Origin: Longimicrobiales bacterium
GTDB lineage: Bacteria > Gemmatimonadota > Gemmatimonadetes > Longimicrobiales > Gaopeijiaceae
NCBI GenBank assembly: GCA_965116905.1
Contig: OZ220732.1
Coordinates: 928,001-992,000, forward strand
Reading direction: 5' to 3'
Length of the DNA stretch: 64,000 nt
Part shown: piece by piece, positions 56,408 through 64,000 of the stretch
Numbering within the stretch: position 1 is the first letter of the stretch
How the letters are laid out: the number at the start of each line of letters is the position of its first letter
Notes under the pieces: generated by a model
What the model saw: the letters and a program-made list of their open reading frames with translations, nothing else
Told to the model about the DNA's origin: nothing
The model's database searches: none
Position numbers and translations under genes: made by a program

Positions 56408-58522
56408 ATGAACGGGACGCTGATGCGGATAGCCCCATGGCAGCTGGCCGCTGCGATGGTGCTGGTGTGTCTGTCGCCGGCCCGCGGCCAGCAGGGCCTC
56501 GACGTGCTGACCGCGCGCGATGTCTTCGACCTCGAATTCGTGAGCGATCCACAGGTCTCTCCCGACGGGTCGCGGGTCGTCTTTGTGCGCCAGTGGTCCG
56601 ACCCGCAGACCGACCGCAACTATTCGAATCTCTGGATCATGAACCGCAACGGTTCGGGGTTGCGTCCGCTGACGTCGGGCAAGCACTCCGACAGCTGGCC
56701 CCGATGGTCTCCGGACGGGGGCCGGCTCCTGTATCTGTCGGACGCGCACGCATCCGGGGGCAACGCGTCCGGAGTTGGCGGCGTTGCCGGGCCGCCGCAG
56801 ATCACCATCCGCTGGATGGACACCGGCCAGACGCAGCGGATCACCGACCGCACGGAGGGACCGCGGGTGCCGGCCTGGTCCCCGGACGGCACGATGATCG
56901 CCTTTTCGTCCTTCGTGCCGGATGCCGGCATGCAGCTGATCTCGATGCCGGATCCGCCGGATGGCGCCGAGTGGGCTGAACCGGCACGCGTGATCCACGA
57001 ACTGGTCCACCGCTTCGACGGAGCCGGGGACCTCGAGCACGGATTCACCCATCTCTTCGTCCTCCCGTCCGAGGGCGGGACGGCCCGGCGGATTACCAGC
57101 GGTGACTTCCATCATGGCGGATACGTGGGCCGCTCGGGCCGGGGACAGCCCGTCTGGTCGGCGGACGGCGAGTCGGTCCTGATCACGGCCAACCGGCACC
57201 CGGACTGGGAGCTGGAGAACCGCAACACCGAGATCTACGAGGTTTCGCTCGGCGGCGAGATCCGCGCCCTCACCGACCGCAAGGGTCCCGACGCGGGTGT
57301 GGCGGTTTCGCCAGACGGGCGCCGGATCGCCTACACGGGCTTCGACGACCGCTACCAGGGATACCAGGTGACCGGGCTCTACATGGCGAACCGCGACGGC
57401 TCGGGTGCGCGCCAGGTCGCGGCGCAGCTGGACCGGAGCGTGGGCGGGCTGGCCTGGGCACCGGATTCCGAACGTCTCTACTTCTCCTATGCCGACATGG
57501 GCAACACGAAGATCGCGTACGTGGAGCCGGGCAGCGACGAGGTGCATGTCGTGGCCGAGAACATGGGCGGCTCGGGCTCGGCCTACGGCGGCGGCAGCTT
57601 CTCGGTGGGGCCGCGGGGGACCTTCGCCTACACCGTCTCGACGCCCACCGTGCTCAGCGAGGTCGCGATCGGGGCCGACCGCGGCACCCGCGTGATCACG
57701 GCGGTCAACGACGACGTGTTCGCCCACAAGACGCTCGGCGAGGTCGAGGAGATCTGGTGGCCCTCGTCGCACGACGGACGGCAGATCCAGGGGTGGATCA
57801 TCAAGCCGCCGGGCTTCGACCCCGGTCGGAAGTATCCGCTCATCCTCGAGATCCACGGCGGGCCGTTCGCGGACTACGGCGACCGGTTCGACATCGAGAA
57901 GCAGTCGATGGCTTCCGCAGGCTACGTCGTGCTCTACACCAACCCGAGGGGGAGCACCTCGTACGGCGAGGAGTTCGGCAACCTCATCCACCACTCCTAT
58001 CCCGGCAACGACTTCTACGACCTGGATTCGGGCGTGGACGCCGTGATCGACCTCGGGTACGTGGACCCGGAGCAGCTCTACATCACCGGCGGGAGCGGCG
58101 GCGGCGTCCTGTCGTCGTGGTCCATCGGGAAGACGGACCGCTACAACGCGGCCGCGGTTCTGTACCCAGTGATCAACTGGTACAGCTTCGCGGTCACCTC
58201 GGACATTCCGATCACGGTGGCCAAGTACTGGTTCCGGGCGATGCCGTGGGAGGACCCCGAGCACTACATGGAGCGCTCGTCGATCTCGCTGGTCGGCAAC
58301 GTGACCACGCCGACGATGGTGATGACCGGCGTGGAGGACTACCGAACGCCCATGTCCGAGTCGGACCAGTACTTCCAGGCCCTGAAGCTGAAGGGCGTGG
58401 AGACGGTGCTGGTCAAGGTGCCCGGCGAGCCGCACGGGATCCGGGTCCGGCCGAGCCACTTCATGCAGAAGATCATGTACATCATCGGGTGGTTCGACCG
58501 GTACCGGGGGATGGCGAGTTAG
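56408..58522 (+). CDS. S9 family peptidase (acylaminoacyl/dipeptidyl peptidase-like)
   Basis: Signal peptide, WSPDG propeller repeats, IHGGP, GGSGGG, EDYR, EPHG. Confidence 0.93.
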   Translation: MNGTLMRIAPWQLAAAMVLVCLSPARGQQGLDVLTARDVFDLEFVSDPQVSPDGSRVVFVRQWSDPQTDRNYSNLWIMNRNGSGLRPLTSGKHSDSWPRWSPDGGRLLYLSDAHASGGNASGVGGVAGPPQITIRWMDTGQTQRITDRTEGPRVPAWSPDGTMIAFSSFVPDAGMQLISMPDPPDGAEWAEPARVIHELVHRFDGAGDLEHGFTHLFVLPSEGGTARRITSGDFHHGGYVGRSGRGQPVWSADGESVLITANRHPDWELENRNTEIYEVSLGGEIRALTDRKGPDAGVAVSPDGRRIAYTGFDDRYQGYQVTGLYMANRDGSGARQVAAQLDRSVGGLAWAPDSERLYFSYADMGNTKIAYVEPGSDEVHVVAENMGGSGSAYGGGSFSVGPRGTFAYTVSTPTVLSEVAIGADRGTRVITAVNDDVFAHKTLGEVEEIWWPSSHDGRQIQGWIIKPPGFDPGRKYPLILEIHGGPFADYGDRFDIEKQSMASAGYVVLYTNPRGSTSYGEEFGNLIHHSYPGNDFYDLDSGVDAVIDLGYVDPEQLYITGGSGGGVLSSWSIGKTDRYNAAAVLYPVINWYSFAVTSDIPITVAKYWFRAMPWEDPEHYMERSSISLVGNVTTPTMVMTGVEDYRTPMSESDQYFQALKLKGVETVLVKVPGEPHGIRVRPSHFMQKIMYIIGWFDRYRGMAS

Positions 58523-58537
58523 CGGAATCGTTGTTAG

Positions 58538-58556
58538 ACTAGTTTATTCAACTAGT
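58538..58556. promoter_or_regulatory. Twin ACTAGT palindromes, putative antitoxin operator
   Basis: ACTAGTttattcaACTAGT upstream of the Phd gene. Confidence 0.6.
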
Positions 58557-58583
58557 TGTCACACTCGGGCTGGAGAAACTCCA

Positions 58584-58823
58584 ATGACCACGGTAGGTGC
58601 GTTCGAAGCCAAGACCCACCTCTCGTCCTTACTCAACAAGGCGGCACGGGGCGAAGAGGTGTTGATCACCAGGCGGGGGGTCCCGGTGGCGAGACTCGTT
58701 CCCGTGGACGCGGCGGATCGAGGGGATATCGCCGATGCGATTGATGAACTTCGGTCGATTCGGGAAGGGGTCTGTCTGGGGGGCCTGAACTGGAGGGAAA
58801 TGCGGGATTCGGGGCGCCCGTGA
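58584..58823 (+). CDS. Phd/YefM-family antitoxin
   Basis: GAFEAKTHLSSLL..GEEVLITRRGVPVARL. Confidence 0.92.
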   Translation: MTTVGAFEAKTHLSSLLNKAARGEEVLITRRGVPVARLVPVDAADRGDIADAIDELRSIREGVCLGGLNWREMRDSGRP

Positions 58824-59269
58824 CGGGTTTCGTGCTCGACTGCTCCGTTGCGGTTGCGTGGCTGTTTCCCGACGAGGGCACGCCCGAGACCGAAGCGCTG
58901 CTCGACCGGCTGAAGAAGGAAGAGGCCTTGGTCCCCGGCATCTGGCACCTGGAAATCGGGAACGTCCTGGTGCGTGCCGAGCGGAGCCAACGCATTGCCA
59001 GGTCGAAGGTCCCGGCCTATCTCAGTCTTCTGCGGAGGCTGGCGATCGCAACCGACAGCGAAACCGATGAGCGGGCACTGCGAGAAACACTGATGCTGGC
59101 GCGTGAGTGCGGGCTCAGCACCTACGATGCGGCATATCTCGAGTTGGCCATGAGACGGGGGGTCCAGCTCGCAACGCTCGATCGCGCGCTGATGCGCGCC
59201 GCTCGGTACATGCAGGTGGAGACCGTTCCGAAAACGAATCTTCAGGTACATGAGAAGCCACATGATTAA
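58820..59269 (+). CDS. vapC: VapC PIN toxin
   Basis: FVLDCSV, YDAAYLELA, LATLD. Confidence 0.92.
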   Translation: MTGFVLDCSVAVAWLFPDEGTPETEALLDRLKKEEALVPGIWHLEIGNVLVRAERSQRIARSKVPAYLSLLRRLAIATDSETDERALRETLMLARECGLSTYDAAYLELAMRRGVQLATLDRALMRAARYMQVETVPKTNLQVHEKPHD

Positions 59270-60479
59270 GGACAGGAAAACGTCGCGGCCCTCGGCAGCC
59301 CCGTCCCGCCGCGCCGTCCTCAAGGCCGCCGCCGGAGCCGCCGGCCTGACCCTCGCCGCCCCGTTCATCAACCGGGGGCGCGCTGTCGTGCAGGCACACG
59401 GCCGCGGCCGGACGGCGACCCCCCAGGAATACTCGACCCGCTGCATCGATCTGGTGACGGGATCGCTCGTGATCGACATGTTGTCGCCGCTGGTCATCGC
59501 GCGCTCCATTCAGCAGCGCTGGGGTCCGGACCTGAGCGGCATGACAGCCGAGGAGGAGCAGGATTTCCGGGACTCCGAGATCGACGTCTTCCACATCGCG
59601 GTCGGCGTGGGCGGGCGCGACTTCGAGGACCAGTACGAGAACACGCTGCTCTTCGTCGCGGGCTACAATGCGATCATCGCGTCGCGGCCCGATCTCTTCG
59701 TGCGGATCGATTCGGCGGAGGATCTGGCGAACGTGCATGGGTCGGGGCGCGCGGGGATCCTGATCGGATTGCAGACCTCGTCCCACTTCCACACGCTCGA
59801 CGACGTCAACCAGTTCTACTGGCTCGGACAGCGGGTATCACAGCTCACCTATAACTCGCGCAACATGATCGGCAACGGGGCCACGGAGCGGGTCGACGGG
59901 GGCATCTCGGACTTCGGCGTCGCGATCGTCGAGCGCATGAACGAGATCGGGATGGCGGTTGACGTCTCGCACTCGGGCGACCGCACGACCCTCGATGCCT
60001 GCGAGGTCTCGTCGCGGCCCGTCCTCTTCACCCATTCCAACAGCCGGGTCCTGTCGGGCGGCCACCCCCGCACCAAGACCGACGAGGCCATTCGAGCCAT
60101 GGCGGCGACCGGTGGCGTGATGGGGATGACGGGCGTGCGCATGTTCGTGAAGGACAGGGAGCCCACGACCATCGAGGATTACATCGACCACTTCGACCAT
60201 GTGCGCGACCTGATCGGCGTGGAGCACCTGGGCGTGGGCAGCGATGTCGACCTGCACGGCTACGACGACATGCCGCCCGACGAATACGAGGCGCTGAAGG
60301 CCGCGTACAAGGACTCGTACGCGTTCCGCGACAAGATAGACATCGAGGGCGTGGACCACCCGAAGCGGATGTTCGATTTGACCGAGGCGCTGATCCGGCG
60401 GGGATACACGGACGATCACATACGCGGGATTCTGGGCGGCAACTTCCAGCGCGTGCTGGGTGAAATCTGGGAGGTGTAA
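59262..60479 (+). CDS. Tat-exported membrane dipeptidase (M19)
   Basis: SRRAVLK Tat motif, QLTYN, VDVSH, THSN, GVGSD. Confidence 0.88.
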   Translation: MIKDRKTSRPSAAPSRRAVLKAAAGAAGLTLAAPFINRGRAVVQAHGRGRTATPQEYSTRCIDLVTGSLVIDMLSPLVIARSIQQRWGPDLSGMTAEEEQDFRDSEIDVFHIAVGVGGRDFEDQYENTLLFVAGYNAIIASRPDLFVRIDSAEDLANVHGSGRAGILIGLQTSSHFHTLDDVNQFYWLGQRVSQLTYNSRNMIGNGATERVDGGISDFGVAIVERMNEIGMAVDVSHSGDRTTLDACEVSSRPVLFTHSNSRVLSGGHPRTKTDEAIRAMAATGGVMGMTGVRMFVKDREPTTIEDYIDHFDHVRDLIGVEHLGVGSDVDLHGYDDMPPDEYEALKAAYKDSYAFRDKIDIEGVDHPKRMFDLTEALIRRGYTDDHIRGILGGNFQRVLGEIWEV

Positions 60480-60482
60480 ACA

Positions 60483-61721
60483 GTGCGATTCACAAGATGT
60501 AAACCAGAGTTGACACTCGGGGTGCTCTCCGTGGCGCTCGGCGGGCTTGTGCCGGCCGTCATGGCAACCGCGGCGGGAGCGCAGGAAGCACCCGTCGCGC
60601 TGGTCGGCGCGCGTATCCACACGGCTGCCGGGCCCGCCATCGAGAACGGCACGATCGTCTTCGCCGACGGCGTGATCACCGCCATCGGCGCGGACGTCTC
60701 GCCGCCCGGCGGCGCAGAGGTGGTCGACGTGAGTGGCATGGTCATCATGCCCGGGATGCTGGACAACCACTCCCACATCGGCGCCGACAGCCGCGACCTC
60801 AACGAATTCCCGGTCCGGTTCGGCCCGCAGCACCGTATCCGCGACGTGCTATCGCCCGACGACGCGTTCTGGAAGGGCGCCGTCAAGGGCGGCGTGACCA
60901 CGGTCATCACCGGGCCCGGGAGCGGCGAGGTCTCGAGCGGGCAGGCGATCGTGATCAAGACGTGGGGCGAGACAATAGACGAACGAGTCGTGAAGGAGCG
61001 CGGCGGGCTCAAGATCGCGATGGGCCGCAAGCGCCCGGACCAGTCACCGACGACCAGCATGGCGGTTACCGCGCTGCTGCGCGCCAAGTTCATCGAGGCG
61101 CAGGAGTACCAGGCCCGGTGGGACGCGTGGGAGGAAGGCGGCCAGGAGGGACCGGCCCCGCCGCGCGACCTCGGCATGGAAGCCGTGGTCCGGGTGCTGA
61201 CCGGCGAGGATCGCATCCGCGCCCACGTCCACCAGGCGCACGACATCCTCGCGATCATCCGGCTGTCGCAGGAGTTCGACTTCTCCCTCGCGATCCACCA
61301 CTCGACCGAGGCCTACAAGGTGGCCGACGAAATCGCCGAGGCCGGTATCGACGTGGTGGGGATGCCGCTGTTCACCCGCATCGCGCTGTCCGACGAGGTC
61401 ATGGCCACGGGCACCGTGATGAACGAAATGGGCGTGCGCTTCACCTTCCACACCGACGACCCGGTGGTGGGCTCCAAGTGGCAGCGCGGCAACGCCGGGC
61501 TCGGGATCCGCTACGGGATGACCGAGCAGGACGCGCTCGAGGCGGTGACGATCAACCCGGCCGCGATCGCCGGGGTCGAAGACCGTGTCGGGAGCCTGGA
61601 GGTGGGCAAAGACGCCGACATCGTCGTGCTGAACGGGACGTGGTACGAGGTCAGCACGCTGGTGACACGGGTGTACGTCAACGGGATGGTCGCGTACGAC
61701 AGGGAAGGAGAGGTGCCATGA
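60483..61721 (+). CDS. Secreted amidohydrolase-family protein
   Basis: PGMLDNHSH, AHVH, HTDDP, GSLEVGKDAD. Confidence 0.88.
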   Translation: MRFTRCKPELTLGVLSVALGGLVPAVMATAAGAQEAPVALVGARIHTAAGPAIENGTIVFADGVITAIGADVSPPGGAEVVDVSGMVIMPGMLDNHSHIGADSRDLNEFPVRFGPQHRIRDVLSPDDAFWKGAVKGGVTTVITGPGSGEVSSGQAIVIKTWGETIDERVVKERGGLKIAMGRKRPDQSPTTSMAVTALLRAKFIEAQEYQARWDAWEEGGQEGPAPPRDLGMEAVVRVLTGEDRIRAHVHQAHDILAIIRLSQEFDFSLAIHHSTEAYKVADEIAEAGIDVVGMPLFTRIALSDEVMATGTVMNEMGVRFTFHTDDPVVGSKWQRGNAGLGIRYGMTEQDALEAVTINPAAIAGVEDRVGSLEVGKDADIVVLNGTWYEVSTLVTRVYVNGMVAYDREGEVP

Positions 61722-62989
61722 TCAGGGCGATCGGGGTGGCCGTATTGGCCATGGCCGCGCTTGGTGGCGGACGGGCCGATGTCCAGGCACAGGCCGTTGC
61801 CCTCACCGGGGGGCTGGTTTATCCCATCTCATCGGAACCCGTTGAGGGTGGGACCGTGCTCATGGTGGATGGCCGGATTGCCGCGGTGGGCGCCGACGTG
61901 GACATCCCCGTGGGCGCGGAGGTCGTGGACGTGACCGGGAGCGTGGTGATGCCCGGGATTATCGACGCGATGAGCTACTACGGGATCGCGGGCGAGGACA
62001 TGAACGAGGTGCCGAATCCGCTGACGCCCGAGCTGCGGATCATCGAGGCGTTTGCGCCGTTCGGGACGTTCGGGTCGGGAGAGGCCGGCGAGATTCGGGT
62101 GCGCGAGCTGCTGTCGGGGGGCGTGACGGCGACGTACATCGGGCCGGGAGATGCGACCGTGGTCGGCGGACAGGGTGCGGTGGTGAAGACGGCCGGCGCG
62201 CGTTTTGACGACCTGATCGTGCGCGAGCCCGCGGCGATCGACATCACGCTGGGCGGCCGGCCGGCGTCGACCTACCGCGAGCAGTCGCGGTCGCCCTCGA
62301 CGCGGATGGCGGTCGTGGCGCAGCTGCGGGATCTGCTGGTGAGGACGCAGGAGTGGATGGCGACTTGGGACGCAGCGGACCCGGCCCCCCGCAACCTCGG
62401 AATGGAGGCGCTGGCACGGCTGCTCCGGGGCGAGATCCCGGCGCGTGTGCAGGCCAACGCGACGCGCGACATCCGGGTGGCGATCGAGCTGGCCGAGGAG
62501 TTCGGCTTCGAGTTGGTGATCGATGCCGGCGCGGGCGCGCACCAGATGCGCGACGAGCTGGCCAACCGCGGGATTCCGGTCGTCCTGGGCCCGATCTCGC
62601 ACCCCTACATCTCCGGCGAGGAGATTCCCGACCCCGGCGACTACGGCGGCGTCGACGAGCGCAATGCCGTGTGGCTCAACGAGGCCGGGGTGCACGTCTC
62701 CCTGGCGAGCTTCTCGCGGGGCTTCGGTCGGTTCGGTCCCGGCGTGGCCGGCCAGTGGCTGCTGATCGATGCTTCGATCGCGCGCGGGCACGGGATGAGC
62801 GAGGCCGACGTGTTGCGGGCGGTTACGCTGAATCCGGCCGAGGTGCTGGGCGTGGCCGACCGACTCGGCAGCCTGGAGGCCGGAAAGGACGCGGACGTGG
62901 TGGTGTTCGACGGCGATCCGCTGAGCATTCGGACCTGGGCGACCCGCGTGTACGTGGGCGGGCAGCTGGTCTACGAGCGAGAGAACTGA
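61718..62989 (+). CDS. Secreted amidohydrolase-family protein lacking the metal-binding histidines
   Basis: PGIIDAMSY replaces DxHxH; GSLEAGKDAD retained; ATGA overlap with the previous gene. Confidence 0.82.
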   Translation: MIRAIGVAVLAMAALGGGRADVQAQAVALTGGLVYPISSEPVEGGTVLMVDGRIAAVGADVDIPVGAEVVDVTGSVVMPGIIDAMSYYGIAGEDMNEVPNPLTPELRIIEAFAPFGTFGSGEAGEIRVRELLSGGVTATYIGPGDATVVGGQGAVVKTAGARFDDLIVREPAAIDITLGGRPASTYREQSRSPSTRMAVVAQLRDLLVRTQEWMATWDAADPAPRNLGMEALARLLRGEIPARVQANATRDIRVAIELAEEFGFELVIDAGAGAHQMRDELANRGIPVVLGPISHPYISGEEIPDPGDYGGVDERNAVWLNEAGVHVSLASFSRGFGRFGPGVAGQWLLIDASIARGHGMSEADVLRAVTLNPAEVLGVADRLGSLEAGKDADVVVFDGDPLSIRTWATRVYVGGQLVYEREN

Positions 62990-62996
62990 GGGAGTG

Positions 62997-64000
62997 ATGA
63001 GGAATAGAGCGAAGTTGCGGGCGCCGGCGTGCCTCGTTGCGCTTGGCGTGCCGGTCTTGCTGTGCGCCTGCGTGGAGGGCGGCGCCCCTGGCTCGGCAGG
63101 TAGCGGCCCGATGGACGTGGTCATCGAGGGCGGCCGCGTCGTGGACGGCACGGGTGCGGCCTGGTTTCATGGCGATGTCGGCATTCGCGGCGACCGGATC
63201 GCGGCGGTGACGCCTGCGGGCGGCCTGGCGGGCGTGGATGCGGGCGAGCGGATCGACGCTTCCGGGAAGGTGGTCGCGCCCGGCTTCATCGACATCCTGT
63301 CGCACGCGCGGGGCCCGTTGCTGAACGGCGACGGTCGGCTGCTGGGCAAGGTCACGCAGGGCATCACGACCGAGATCATGGGCGAGGGGTGGACGAACGC
63401 GCCGGCCAACGCGAATACCGACGCGGGTGCCGGGCTGGTCGACCCCGAGGCCCAGGGCGAGCGGCACGACTTTTCGGGTCCGAGGGGCTTCGACGCGTGG
63501 CTGAACGCGATGCTGGCCAACGGCGCGTCGCCCAACTTCGGGTCGTTCGTGGGCGCTACGACCGTGCGGGTCTACGCAATGGCCGAGGCGGCCGGGCCGG
63601 CGAGCGAGGCCCAGCTCGACTCGATGCGCAAGGCGACCCGCTGGGCGATGGAGGGCCGCGCGTTCGGCGTGGCCAGCGCCCTCATCTACCCGCCGGGCAA
63701 CTTCGCGAGCACCGAGGAGCTGGGCGAGGTCGTCGCGGCGTCGGCGCCCTATGGCGGCGTGTACATCACGCACATGCGCTCCGAGGCGGACCGGTTCCTG
63801 GAAGCGATCGACGAGGCCATCGAGATCGGGGAGCGGGGCGGCGTGCCGGTCGAGATCTACCACCTGAAGGCGGCGGGCGTGCGCAACTACCACAAGGCCG
63901 CGCTGGCGATCGCCAAGATCGATTCGGCGCGCGCGGCGGGGTTCGACGTGCAGGCCAACATGTACCCCTACACGGCGGGCGGCACCGGGTTGCCTGCGCT
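62997..64000 (+). CDS. N-acyl-D-amino-acid deacylase-like lipoprotein (partial, runs off window)
   Basis: Hand translation: LCAC lipobox, VIEGGRVVDGTG, PGFID, QGITTE, THMRSE, YHLK, MYPY. Confidence 0.85.
   Translation, partial: MRNRAKLRAPACLVALGVPVLLCACVEGGAPGSAGSGPMDVVIEGGRVVDGTGAAWFHGDVGIRGDRIAAVTPAGGLAGVDAGERIDASGKVVAPGFIDILSHARGPLLNGDGRLLGKVTQGITTEIMGEGWTNAPANANTDAGAGLVDPEAQGERHDFSGPRGFDAWLNAMLANGASPNFGSFVGATTVRVYAMAEAAGPASEAQLDSMRKATRWAMEGRAFGVASALIYPPGNFASTEELGEVVAASAPYGGVYITHMRSEADRFLEAIDEAIEIGERGGVPVEIYHLKAAGVRNYHKAALAIAKIDSARAAGFDVQANMYPYTAGGTGLPA

Overview
High-GC bacterial chromosome segment. Gene content (many 6-bladed beta-propeller lipoproteins, a plug-only TonB-like lipoprotein, peptidase/amidohydrolase clusters) suggests Gemmatimonadota, possibly a host-associated lineage; this is inference only. 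From left to right: (1) a toxin-antitoxin-rich flank (partial Phd, AbiEii pair, HipBA) beside tRNA-Val/tRNA-Glu; (2) a quinohemoprotein amine dehydrogenase (QHNDH) cluster qhpG-A-D-C-B-F, whose likely leader protease qhpE lies about 13.7 kb downstream; (3) the intervening accessory block, with four beta-propeller proteins, three small secreted Cys-rich peptides, two thioredoxin-fold proteins, a PDZ protein, an ECF sigma/anti-sigma pair, an IS21 scar and two TA modules; (4) a Rieske / cytochrome b-diheme c operon; (5) AraC and BTAD-ATPase regulators; (6) housekeeping genes; (7) modABC with an XRE-PBP regulator; (8) a GntR-associated peptidase/amidohydrolase locus. The best candidate for an undescribed system is a cassette of two paralogous secreted peptides with identical C-x15-C-x9-C-x12-C spacing flanking DsbA, PDZ and beta-propeller genes. 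A second cassette pairs an 8-Cys peptide with a CxxS thioredoxin and an ECF/anti-sigma pair. A 32-bp operator-like motif is shared by the mod regulator and the Rieske/cytochrome b operon. All calls come from motif reading; no database searches were run.
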